Shown here one piece after another: positions 30,916 through 39,265 of a stretch of 64,000 nucleotides of DNA. Below the pieces are notes generated by a model that saw nothing but the letters and a program-made list of their open reading frames with translations, did not search any database and had not been told where the DNA came from. Position numbers and translations under genes: made by a program. The first letter of the stretch is position 1, and each line of letters begins with the position of its first letter. Source of the stretch: an uncultured Clostridia bacterium (lineage in GTDB: Bacteria; Bacillota; Clostridia; Christensenellales; Aristaeellaceae); NCBI GenBank assembly GCA_934663625.1, contig CAKUKP010000002.1, positions 726 to 64,725 of the forward strand. The letters are read 5' to 3'.

Positions 30916-32835
30916 ATGTACGCAGCATCTTCATCCCTGTTGGCGGTGATCCTTTCCGTGATTATCGCCCTGTCCGGCGCGGGCGCGGTTTCGCCGATTC
31001 CGGAAACCGCCACGCAGACCACCATCCGCGATATTACCGTAACCCTCAATGATGAAACCTACCACATCGAGGCGCAGCCGTACTTCACCCAAGCGATCGG
31101 CACCGAACTGGCGGCGGGAACCTTCGGCGTGCAGCTGGGCAATGAAGCGCTTCTGCCGATGCAGGCGGCGATCGATCCGAACGGCATTCGCCTGTCCGTG
31201 GGCGACAGCGGCAAGGTGTACACGCTGACGAATGAAACGCTTGCCGAATCGATGGATATCGATCCGGAAGACCTGCAGGTTATCGAAGATATGATTTCTT
31301 CCATCGGAGAGCTGGCAAGCTACGATACGGCGGAAGCCCTTCAAACGAATCGTGCCGCCTATGCGGCGCTCAAGCAGGTGCTGCCCGCCGGCGAATCCAC
31401 CGGAAGCGTGCAGCTGAGCGGCGAAGTGGTCGATCTGGAAACCTATTCCGGAACGCTGGATGGTCAGACCCTCGCTGCGATGCTAGACGCGCTGATGAAC
31501 GGCGAAAACCAGCCGCTGGCGAATTACATGAAGCAGCTTCTTGCGGTTGGCAATCGCGTCAGCAATACCGAATATGCCAGCTGGAGCGAAGCGCTGGAAG
31601 CGGAAGGCATGGACGAGGATCTTTCCTACATCACGCTGACCTACGAAACGGCGGAAAGCGGCGATGATACCTACGATTGCATCACCCTGCATACGGACGG
31701 CGATGATGAAGCGCAGGCAATCGAGGCCGCCCTCGAATACACGCTGGAGAGCGGCGATTACCATTGCTCCATCGAAATGCTGACAGGCGATGACGAAGAT
31801 CAGTTCTCTCTGTCCGGCACGGTGGACATCGAAAACGCGCTCACCGATGCGCCCTCCACAGAATTCGATTTCACCTACGGCATAAACAGCAGCTGGGGAT
31901 ACACCGATACGGATAGCCCCGAGGATTCCTACGGCTACAGCAACAATAAGGAAATGACGCTGTTCGGCAATGCACGCACCGAAAACGGTTTGGACAGCCT
32001 GAACGCCGATCTGACGGTGGAAACCTCAATGGAACGCCTCTCCGGCGCGGATCTGGAAACCATTGATTATTCCTACGATGAATATGCAAACTTCAATCTG
32101 ATCGTCAGCGAAGCCGCTGCCGAAAACGAAGGCATTGATACCACCGTTGCGCTGGCAGTGGATATGGACGGCGATACACTGGGTCTGTCCTTCATCGCCA
32201 ATCGGGTAGATATCCTCTTCGATGCGGACGCGCTGTTTGCGGGCGGCGAAGAAGTGATTCTGACGAACGATGAAAACGATACCGGTTCCGCGCAGATGGA
32301 AGCCGATTTCATGGCGCTCGCCAACGATGCAAGCACGCTGATGACGCAGGATACCGGCCTTGCCGATCTGATCAGCGCCTTGACCGGTTCCATGTATTCG
32401 GATGACGATGATTACGATGATTCCGATTGGGGCGAGGGCTATGAATATCTGACCGCAGACGAGGTTCTGGCGCGCTTCGCTGGCACGAAGTATACGATCG
32501 ATGCGCCCGAAGGCTACGAGGTGGACGAGGATTCCACCTACATCACCACCGATAACAGCAACGCCGCAATCGGCTATCAGTCGGCAGACGGAAGCGATTA
32601 CATTACGCTCTATCTGTACTACAGTCCGGACGATACGAACGAATATGCGGTGCTGAACGATGATGGCACCAGCGCGCTGATCGATAACACGGTCGTCACG
32701 CTGAAGGGCTGGGAGGATGGCACCTATTACGGCGCAGACCTGCACAAGGATGATGTAGATATCACCCTGTACTTCAACTCCATGACGCTGGAGGAGGTAC
32801 AATCCCTGCTTTCCACCCTGCACGCAGCTGAATAA
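30916..32835 (+). CDS. Hypothetical highly acidic exported/anchored protein
   Basis: AGGAGG RBS and an N-terminal hydrophobic segment. 639 aa, very rich in D/E/T, with no motif I recognise. Confidence 0.6.
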   Translation: MYAASSSLLAVILSVIIALSGAGAVSPIPETATQTTIRDITVTLNDETYHIEAQPYFTQAIGTELAAGTFGVQLGNEALLPMQAAIDPNGIRLSVGDSGKVYTLTNETLAESMDIDPEDLQVIEDMISSIGELASYDTAEALQTNRAAYAALKQVLPAGESTGSVQLSGEVVDLETYSGTLDGQTLAAMLDALMNGENQPLANYMKQLLAVGNRVSNTEYASWSEALEAEGMDEDLSYITLTYETAESGDDTYDCITLHTDGDDEAQAIEAALEYTLESGDYHCSIEMLTGDDEDQFSLSGTVDIENALTDAPSTEFDFTYGINSSWGYTDTDSPEDSYGYSNNKEMTLFGNARTENGLDSLNADLTVETSMERLSGADLETIDYSYDEYANFNLIVSEAAAENEGIDTTVALAVDMDGDTLGLSFIANRVDILFDADALFAGGEEVILTNDENDTGSAQMEADFMALANDASTLMTQDTGLADLISALTGSMYSDDDDYDDSDWGEGYEYLTADEVLARFAGTKYTIDAPEGYEVDEDSTYITTDNSNAAIGYQSADGSDYITLYLYYSPDDTNEYAVLNDDGTSALIDNTVVTLKGWEDGTYYGADLHKDDVDITLYFNSMTLEEVQSLLSTLHAAE

Positions 32836-32851
32836 TCCAAAATACCGCAAT

Positions 32852-32890
32852 GGGGCTGTGAAGGACGATCCTTCACAGCCCCATTATGTT
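32852..32890 (+). terminator. Intrinsic terminator of the acidic-protein gene
   Basis: Perfect 13-bp stem GGGGCTGTGAAGG-ACGAT-CCTTCACAGCCCC followed by AUUAUGUU. Confidence 0.7.
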
Positions 32891-32932
32891 GACAAAGCTA
32901 CCGGCTTTACTTCACTTTGCAAAATACAGAAC

Positions 32933-33788
32933 GTAGCCCCTGCCTTCCTCCGAGGATACGCGGCGGTGCGATCGGTCGTAACCTTGCCTTCCTCCAATGA
33001 TACGCGGCGGTGCGATTGGTCGTAGCCCCTGCCTTCCTCTGACGAGGAAGGTGGCAAAACCGCAGGTTTTGACGGAAGGAGAGATAACGTACCGATCGTT
33101 TTGCGCAGGTTTTCCGGTTCTGCGTCAGGAGTTCTCTCCCTCAGTCTGCACGCAAGCGTGCATCCAGCTCCCCCATCAGGTGGAGCCAAGAACGGTCTAA
33201 CCCCTGTCTTCCTCTGATGATGTGCGGCAGCGCAGTCTGTCGTAGCCCCTGCCTTCCTCTGACGAGGAAGGTGTCAGCCGTAGGCTGACGGAAGGCGAGA
33301 TAACGTACCTGCCGATTTGCGCAGGTTTTCAGGTTTTGTGTCAGGGCTTCTCTCCCTCAGTCAGCGGCAAATGCCGCTGACAGCTCCCCCATCAGGTGGA
33401 GCCAAGAACGGCCTAACCCCTGTCTTCCTCTGATGATGCGCGGCAGCGCGATCGGTCGTAACCTTGCCTTCCTCTGACGAGGAAGGTGGCAAAACCGCAG
33501 GTTTTGACGGAAGGCGAGATAACGTACCTGCCGATTTGCGCAGATTTTCCGGTTCTGCGTCAGGAGTTCTCTCCCTCAGTCTGCACGCAAGCGTGCATCC
33601 AGCTCCCTTCAGCAGTCGCGTGCTGCTTGCAGCCCGCGACCAGCCCGCGCGAAACCTTCGGTTTTCAGTGCGGCGCTGCCGGAACTTTGCTTTACAAAGT
33701 CTCCGGTGCGTACCATCAGGTGGAGCCAAGGAAACGGCCTAGCTCCTGCGTTCTTCTCGGGTGGAGCCAGGAGAACGGCACAGCCCAC
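32933..33788 (+). repeat. Mosaic palindromic repeat family, locus C (tandem array)
   Basis: Two 44-45 nt sub-repeats (32933-32977, 32978-33021). Then come head-to-tail units with TTCTCTCCCTCAG at 33132, 33348 and 33567 (period 216-219 nt). The third unit carries the same 107-nt insert (33608-33714) as locus B. Confidence 0.9.
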
Positions 33789-33802
33789 ATTTTTCCTTCG
33801 AT

Positions 33803-34555
33803 TCAATTGATCATCCGCGGCAGGTGCGCCTCCACCGCGCCGATGCGATCCGCCATCAGAATGCAGAAATCGTGCGTAGCTTCCGCGCGCGGCGTTTCCT
33901 CCAGCGCGAGGAAATCCTTTACCGGCGCGATCAGCTTTTCCACCGCATCGCAAAGCTCCGCCGATTGCATTTCATTGCGCCGCTCGCGCAGACGGCGGGT
34001 GATCAGGTCGCAGGCGCGCGCCAGATCGGCGTCGCCCGCGCGGCGCGCTTCATCGTTGAGCGCATCGCAGGATTCATTCAAATCGCAGCGCACGCGATGA
34101 TGCACGTGCGGCGTATCGCACGCCACGCCCTCCTCATTCAGCTGATCCACGATTTCGCGCACGTATTCGGGGCGGCTCTTGATCACGGCGCGGTACTTGT
34201 TCTGGTAGCGCAGCATCAGGCTGTGATCGCCGCCGGACAGCTTTTGCAGGCAGGAACGCACGCTCTGTCCCGCCGCGCGCGCGATCAGTACCTGCCGAAT
34301 CAGCCAGTCCACCTGATCCTGCGTGAACGGTACGAACCGCGCGGTATGGGTGGTATCGCCGCGGTCGCGCACCTGCGCATAGTAATAATTGCGTATGCTG
34401 TTGGGGCGGCGGCCGGTTTCCCGCGCGATCTGTTCAAATACGCCCTTCAGCGGAAGCCCCTGCTGCTGCGCCGCGTCCGCGGTTTCCCACAGCAGCCTGT
34501 TTTCCGTTTCGCTCCATCCGGCACGGCGGCCGGTCTTCATGACAGCCTGTTCCAT
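33803..34555 (-). CDS. RsfA-like Myb/SANT-domain transcriptional regulator
   Basis: ..RRAGWSETENRLLWETADAAQQQGLPLKGVFEQIARETGRRPNSIRNYYYAQVR.. resembles the Myb-like domain of prespore regulator RsfA. Start at the ATG at 34555, 7 nt after GGAGGA. Confidence 0.6.
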   Translation of the reverse strand: MEQAVMKTGRRAGWSETENRLLWETADAAQQQGLPLKGVFEQIARETGRRPNSIRNYYYAQVRDRGDTTHTARFVPFTQDQVDWLIRQVLIARAAGQSVRSCLQKLSGGDHSLMLRYQNKYRAVIKSRPEYVREIVDQLNEEGVACDTPHVHHRVRCDLNESCDALNDEARRAGDADLARACDLITRRLRERRNEMQSAELCDAVEKLIAPVKDFLALEETPRAEATHDFCILMADRIGAVEAHLPRMIN

Positions 34556-34736
34556 TTTCGCATCCTCCAAACCCGATGGCGTTGATCCTGAACCATCCGC
34601 CATTGCCTTGATAGTAAAGATTATGCACTTCGTGTGCGATAAATATACATTGCGCGATCATCTTCAAAAGTTTTTCATAAGTTCCGCGGAATATGTCGAG
34701 CGCAATAGAGAATGCGATCGAACCGGATAGATTTCA

Positions 34737-34777
34737 ATAAAAAATCCGGCACCGATTATAAACAAAATCGATGCCAG
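34737..34777 (-). terminator. Intrinsic terminator of Cys-rich gene A
   Basis: Minus strand CUGGCAUCGAU-loop-AUCGGUGCCGG (11 bp, two G-U) followed by AUUUUUUAUU. Confidence 0.75.
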
Positions 34778-34798
34778 ACCATTATGGTTCGCGGTAAA

Positions 34799-36706
34799 TC
34801 AGGAAGCAGAAACGAGGCGAATCATCCGAACGGGGATTTCATCCTGCGCATCGAAGTTCAGCGTGAAGGTCGCCGTATCTTCGGTCACGGTGAAGGGCAG
34901 TTCCGTTTCCGTGCCGTCCGCATCCAGCAGCTTCAGCGCATAGCCTTCCAGCAGTTTTGCGGGCAGGTGAATCTCCCCCGGCTCGGTCGGCTGGGTCAGC
35001 TTGCCGCTGTATTCAAAGCCCACGCTCAGAATGTGTTCTCCGTTCTGCAATTCATTCAGGCGCAGCACCGGTTCGCCCTGCGGCAGATGCTCCGCCTTTG
35101 CAGCGGCTTCTATGACCAGTGCAAGGCGCGCGCCGTCCGATACCTCGCCGCAGACGGGACAGAGTTCGAAAACATAGTCCTCCGCGTCCGCAAACAGCAG
35201 ACGATATTCAAACGTTTCACATTCCACCTTGCCCGTGTGTCTGCAGCCTTCGCGGCGGCAATCGGCGCTGTGCGTGCCATCGCCGTTCGGCGACCATTCG
35301 CCGTACCAGTGCAGCAGCTTCTTCACCGGATTTTCGGTATAGCCATCCTCGCAGCGGGAGCAGGTGTAGCGGGTGTAGCCGCCCTTTCCACAGGTGGGCT
35401 GCACGACGGTCTTTTGATAATCGTGTCCCAACGCCGGAAGCTCCACATAGGTGGTGTAATCGCAGCGGGTGCAGGTATCGTATTCGCCCCAGCCAATTTC
35501 GGTGCAGTTTGCCGCTTTCGCTTCGTGATGCACCAGATCGTGGTTATCCGGATCAATGGACAGTTCACTATAGGTGGTGTATTCGCAGCCATCGCGCTTG
35601 CAGGTTGCGTAAGCTTCCCAGCCCACTTCCGTACATGTTGCCGCCTTCGCTTCGTGATGCACGAGATCGTGGTTGTCCGGATCGATGGACAGTTCACTAT
35701 AGGTGGTGTATTTGCAGCGGGTGCAGGTATCGTATTCGTTCCAGCCGATTTCCGTGCAGGTCGCTGCTTTCGCATCGTGCTGCACCGGATCGTGTCCCAG
35801 CGGCAGAAGCGGTTCTATGGGAGAAGTAAAATTACAGCGCTTGCAGGTGTAGTAAGCTTTCCAGCCCGCGTCCGTGCAGGTCGCTGCTTTCGCTTCGTGA
35901 TGCACCAGATCATGATTCAGCGCGGGGAGTTCATGATATGTGGTATAATTGCAGCGTTTGCAGGTATCGTAATCATCCCAGCCTTTTTCAGTGCAGGTCG
36001 CCGCTTTTCCATCATGGTTCACAATATCATGGTTATTCGGAGCGATTTCACCATATTCCGCGCCGCATGTTGTGCAGACGGCTTTTGCAATGCAGGTCGC
36101 CGTGCCGCCGGAGCAGGAATCCGTCTGGGTATGACTGCCATCGCGCTTGCAGGTGCGGGTATGGGCGCCGTTACCGTTGGACTTCCACTCGCCCCAATCG
36201 TGGTCAAGCGGAGAACCATAGGCAGCTTTGCATACGCTGCATACGGCCTTTTCGGTGCAGGTCGCCGTGCCGCCGGAGCAGGATTCCGTCTGGGTATGGC
36301 TGCTGTCGCGCTTGCATGTGCGGGTGTGCTCGCCGCTGCCGTTGGACTTCCACTCGCCCCAATCGTGATCAAGCGGAGCGCCATAGGCAGCTTTGCATAC
36401 GCTGCATACAGCCTTTTCGGTGCAGGTCGCCGTGCCGCCGGAATGAGCCTGCAGCATGCTGGGGAGATTCATTTGTGCTCCACAACCGGGACATTCTAAT
36501 TTCCCAACATGCCAACTATCATTAAAATTAACAATTTTAACAAGCTTATATGTCTGTGTTTGCTTACACGTGGGACAATTGGTCTCATATTCTTTCGGCA
36601 TTTCCGATGTGGGAGGAATTACCGCCATTGCAGGCAGACAGACGGTTGTGAACAGGGTCACCAGCATACCGCATATGAACAGCGCAAACAGAATTTTCTT
36701 CTTCAT
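34799..36706 (-). CDS. Secreted Cys/His-rich modular repeat protein, paralog A
   Basis: Signal peptide MKKKILFALFICGMLVTLFTTVCLPAMA (ATG at 36706, GGAGGA upstream). Contains 55-aa modules (GGTATCTEKAVCSVCKAAYG.PLDHDWGEWKSNG.G.HTRTCKRD), five 39-43 aa modules (NHDLVHHEAKAATCTE.GW..Y.TC.RC.YTTY) and a conserved C-terminal ~230 aa shared with paralog B. Confidence 0.8.
   Translation of the reverse strand: MKKKILFALFICGMLVTLFTTVCLPAMAVIPPTSEMPKEYETNCPTCKQTQTYKLVKIVNFNDSWHVGKLECPGCGAQMNLPSMLQAHSGGTATCTEKAVCSVCKAAYGAPLDHDWGEWKSNGSGEHTRTCKRDSSHTQTESCSGGTATCTEKAVCSVCKAAYGSPLDHDWGEWKSNGNGAHTRTCKRDGSHTQTDSCSGGTATCIAKAVCTTCGAEYGEIAPNNHDIVNHDGKAATCTEKGWDDYDTCKRCNYTTYHELPALNHDLVHHEAKAATCTDAGWKAYYTCKRCNFTSPIEPLLPLGHDPVQHDAKAATCTEIGWNEYDTCTRCKYTTYSELSIDPDNHDLVHHEAKAATCTEVGWEAYATCKRDGCEYTTYSELSIDPDNHDLVHHEAKAANCTEIGWGEYDTCTRCDYTTYVELPALGHDYQKTVVQPTCGKGGYTRYTCSRCEDGYTENPVKKLLHWYGEWSPNGDGTHSADCRREGCRHTGKVECETFEYRLLFADAEDYVFELCPVCGEVSDGARLALVIEAAAKAEHLPQGEPVLRLNELQNGEHILSVGFEYSGKLTQPTEPGEIHLPAKLLEGYALKLLDADGTETELPFTVTEDTATFTLNFDAQDEIPVRMIRLVSAS
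34831..35507. repeat. Near-identical 3' tract shared with 36905-37581
   Basis: Colinear DNA alignment at a constant offset of 2074 nt. By eye about nine of ten positions are identical, far higher than the rest of the two genes. Confidence 0.85.
35440..36060. repeat. In-frame tandem repeats (117-129 nt period) encoding the NHDLVHH..CTE..C.RC modules
   Basis: For example CTTCGTGATGCAC recurs at 35521, 35650 and 35893. Adjacent copies at 35521 and 35650 are 129 nt apart. Confidence 0.8.
36090..36450. repeat. In-frame tandem repeats (165 nt period) encoding the 55-aa GGTATC..HDWGEW modules
   Basis: CAGGTCGCCGTGCCGCCGGA recurs at 36093, 36258 and 36423. Confidence 0.85.
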
Positions 36707-36758
36707 CTCATCCTCCTGTTTCTCCCACGACGGGGACTTCATTTTGTCTTATATAAGC

Positions 36759-36787
36759 ATTATATCAGAAAGCATCTTACTTTGCAA
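36759..36787 (-). promoter_or_regulatory. Sigma-A type promoter of Cys-rich gene A (TTGCAA-17-TATAAT)
   Basis: Minus strand: -35 at 36782-36787, -10 at 36759-36764. Confidence 0.55.
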
Positions 36788-36872
36788 CCCTTTCAATGTA
36801 TCAGAACCAATGACAATCTATGCAAAGACCCCGATGAGCGATGTACCCACCGAGGTCTTTATTCCTAAGGAA

Positions 36873-38234
36873 TCACTGAACGGGCACGAGATGAATCGCC
36901 CGGACGGGGATTTCATCCTGCGCATCGAAGTTCAGCGTGAAGGTCGCTGTATCTTCGGTCACGGTGAAGGGCAGTTCCGTTTCCGTGCCATCCGCATCCA
37001 ACAGCTTCAGCGCGTAGCCTTTCAGCAGTTCCGCGGGCAGGTGAATCTCCACCGGCTCGACCGCTTGGGTCAGCTTGCCGCTGTATTCGAAGCCCACGCT
37101 CAGCATGCGTTCACCGTTTTGCAATTCATTCAGGCGCAATACCGGTTCGCCCTGCGGCAGATGCTCCGCCTGTGCTTTCGCTTCCGTTACCAGTGCAAGG
37201 CGCGCGCCGTCCGATACTTCGCCGCAGACGGGGCAAAGTCCGAAAATGTAATCCTCCGCGTCCGCAAACAGCAGGCGGTATTCAAACGTTTTGCATTCCA
37301 CCTTGCCCGTGTGCTTGCATCCCCCGCGGCGGCAATCGGCGCTGTGCGTGCCATCGCCGTTCGGCGACCATTCGCCGTACCAGTGCAGCAGCTTCTTCAC
37401 CGGATTTTCGGTGTAGGTATCCTCGCAGCGAGAGCAGGTATAGCGGGTGTAGCCATCTTTTTCGCAGGTGGGCTGCACGACGGTCTTTTGATAATCGTGT
37501 CCCAGCTCCGGAAGTTCCACATAGGTGGTGTAATCGCAGCGGGTGCATGCATCGTATTCGTCCCAGCCGATTTCGGTACAGGTCGGCGTTTTCGCATCAT
37601 GATGCACCAGATCGTGATTATTCGGATCGACAGGCAGTTCTTTATACGTAGTATAATTGCAGCCCTCGCGCTTGCAGGTTTTATACGCCTCCCAACCGAT
37701 TTCCGTACAGGTAGGCGCTTTCCCATCATGACCTTCCAGATCATGGTTATCCGGATTTGTATTGCCGCTGGAAGTTTCGTACTGGTAGCCGCAATCGGTA
37801 CAAGTTCTGAGCCGGACTGCCGGAGATACGCAGGTGGCCTCGGACTTCAGATACTCCGAAAATGAATGAGGTGTTTTTGCCTCTTCCGCACTGCATTGTG
37901 TGCAGCTGCGCCAGTGCCCGTCGGCGTTGTACTTCCACTGACCCCAGCTATGCTCCTTAAGCTCGCCATATTGCTGATAACACCGGCTGCATCTTGCCTT
38001 TCGGGTGCATGTGGCTCCGCTTTGCGTCCAATGGTTTTCCCAGATTTCTCTGAAGCATTTGTTACATCTTATTTTATGCTGCGTATCATTATAGTTTCCA
38101 TCCCCGACCGCGAGATAGTAGCCTTCGTCCGCTTCACATTCCGCGCCGGTGTCCGGTCTGGTATGCGCCATTGCGGCGGTTGCCGCACAGATCAGCACCA
38201 TCGCCAGCAGACATGCAACGAACCATTTTTTCAT
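36873..38234 (-). CDS. Secreted Cys/His-rich modular repeat protein, paralog B
   Basis: Signal peptide MKKWFVACLLAMVLICAATAAMA. Distinct Cys-rich N-region, two NHDL..H..K.PTCTEIGW..Y..C modules, and a C-terminal ~230 aa nearly identical to paralog A. Confidence 0.8.
   Translation of the reverse strand: MKKWFVACLLAMVLICAATAAMAHTRPDTGAECEADEGYYLAVGDGNYNDTQHKIRCNKCFREIWENHWTQSGATCTRKARCSRCYQQYGELKEHSWGQWKYNADGHWRSCTQCSAEEAKTPHSFSEYLKSEATCVSPAVRLRTCTDCGYQYETSSGNTNPDNHDLEGHDGKAPTCTEIGWEAYKTCKREGCNYTTYKELPVDPNNHDLVHHDAKTPTCTEIGWDEYDACTRCDYTTYVELPELGHDYQKTVVQPTCEKDGYTRYTCSRCEDTYTENPVKKLLHWYGEWSPNGDGTHSADCRRGGCKHTGKVECKTFEYRLLFADAEDYIFGLCPVCGEVSDGARLALVTEAKAQAEHLPQGEPVLRLNELQNGERMLSVGFEYSGKLTQAVEPVEIHLPAELLKGYALKLLDADGTETELPFTVTEDTATFTLNFDAQDEIPVRAIHLVPVQ
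36905..37581. repeat. Near-identical 3' tract shared with 34831-35507
   Basis: See 34831-35507. Confidence 0.85.
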
Positions 38235-38282
38235 GTTTTTTCCCTCCCCAAATTTCTAAATTGATCTGTTTTCTCCTGTATC

Positions 38283-38323
38283 AAAAAACCGCTGGCCGCA
38301 GGCAAAAAGCCCGCGCTCGGCGG
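38283..38323 (-). terminator. Leader (attenuator-type) intrinsic terminator about 50 nt upstream of the Cys-rich gene B start codon
   Basis: Minus strand CCGCCGAGCGCGGGC-UUUUU-GCCUGCGGCCAGCGG (7-bp GC-rich upper stem, internal loop, 4-bp lower stem) followed by U6. Confidence 0.55.
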
Positions 38324-38471
38324 TCAATTGGCTCGATAATATGAAATAAGGGCGGAGCTATCCCCCGCCGGTATGCCGATCGGAGGATCACAGCCGTCAT
38401 CATGGTTGTCAGGCTCCCTTCTGCAGCGATACAAAATATCAGTCGATCGTGCGTGTAAATTCATATTATTT

Positions 38472-38500
38472 AGTGTATCAGAAAACGTGACGGTTTTCAA
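38472..38500 (-). promoter_or_regulatory. Candidate sigma-A promoter of Cys-rich gene B (TTGAAA-17-TACACT)
   Basis: Minus strand: -35 at 38495-38500, -10 at 38472-38477. Predicts a leader of about 230 nt. Confidence 0.4.
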
Positions 38501-38643
38501 GCGTTCCATGCCCGAACCATGAAATTTCGTTCCAATTTTATAAAACGGTCAAGAAATTAACATATGTTTCCTTTCTGTATATCCGTTTCCCGTTGGGATT
38601 GCAGCGGCTGTATAGAACAGTTTCCCCCGCCCGCGGCGAGCGC

Positions 38644-38672
38644 TTGCGAAATGCGCGCAAATGCGGTACAAT
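38644..38672 (+). promoter_or_regulatory. Sigma-A type promoter (TTGCGA-17-TACAAT) of the DUF2148 operon
   Basis: -35 at 38644-38649, -10 at 38667-38672, about 38 nt before the ATG at 38710 (GAGAGGAG RBS). Confidence 0.55.
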
Positions 38673-38709
38673 AGAATATAGAAAATACCGATCGAGAGGA
38701 GATTGAGCC

Positions 38710-39252
38710 ATGACTTACAGTTCTGCTGAAATGGAAATGCGGGCGGTATTGAACGCCGCCGCACAGATCTGCGCCGCGGCGCGCACCGCGCCGAAGGCGA
38801 GGGGAATCGACGTAATCCGCACCATCGTACTTACGGATCAGCACAAGGCGGCGCTGACGGCGGAAATGCGGCGCGTCGGCGCGGAATATGACGCATCGTT
38901 TTTGCTGCGCGACGCGGACAATATCGATGCGGCGCAGGCGGTAATCCTGATCGGCGCGGTGGAGGGCAAGCGCGGGCTGAACGACCTGTGCGGCTATTGC
39001 CACTTTGCCAACTGCGCGGATTGCGAACAGAAGGGCGGCATGTGCGCCATGGACGGCGTGGACGTGGGCATCGCGCTGGGCAGCGCGGCGGCGATGGCGG
39101 CCGATCTGCGCATGGACAATCGCATTCTGTTCTCCGCCGGACGCGCGGCGATCAATCTAAAGCTGCTGGGCGACGGCGTGGGACAGGTATTCGCGCTGCC
39201 GCTGAGCGTATCCGGCAAGAGCGTATTTTTTGACAGAAAACCGAAAAAATGA
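38710..39252 (+). CDS. DUF2148 (ferredoxin-domain-like) protein
   Basis: 180 aa; ..LNAAAQICAAARTAPKARG.. and a cysteine cluster CGYCHFANCADC, as in DUF2148 proteins of Clostridia. Confidence 0.7.
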   Translation: MTYSSAEMEMRAVLNAAAQICAAARTAPKARGIDVIRTIVLTDQHKAALTAEMRRVGAEYDASFLLRDADNIDAAQAVILIGAVEGKRGLNDLCGYCHFANCADCEQKGGMCAMDGVDVGIALGSAAAMAADLRMDNRILFSAGRAAINLKLLGDGVGQVFALPLSVSGKSVFFDRKPKK

Positions 39253-39265
39253 AAGGCAGCCGACT

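Noticed and set aside
32933-33788. Could the tandem array be a CRISPR array?
   Set aside because: The units are 216-219 nt, with no short constant repeat alternating with unique spacers. The variable parts are self-complementary hairpins. There are no cas genes in the window.
32884-34100. ORFs called across the repeat loci: 19162-19380 (-), 23349-23780 (+), 32884-33189 (-), 33361-33729 (-), 33464-33742 (+), 33486-34100 (+).
   Set aside because: They lie entirely in palindromic repeats and give similar peptide words on both strands. They lack RBSs and are broken by stops between units, so they are not coding.
34799-37581. Diversity-generating retroelement (template/variable repeat) explanation for the near-identical 3' tracts of the Cys-rich genes.
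   Set aside because: No reverse transcriptase or accessory gene is present in the window. The differences between the copies are of mixed substitution types rather than confined to adenines.
38290-38470. Assignment of the leader to a known RNA class (SRP RNA, c-di-GMP I/II, c-di-AMP, fluoride, ZTP, SAM, TPP, cobalamin, guanidine riboswitches, T-box).
   Set aside because: By eye, none of the conserved core sequences I remember for these classes is present. It is left as an unclassified candidate rather than named.
38324-38509. 61-codon ORF (-) in the leader of Cys-rich gene B.
   Set aside because: There is no Shine-Dalgarno upstream of its ATG, and no recognisable sequence features. It is better explained as part of a structured untranslated leader.
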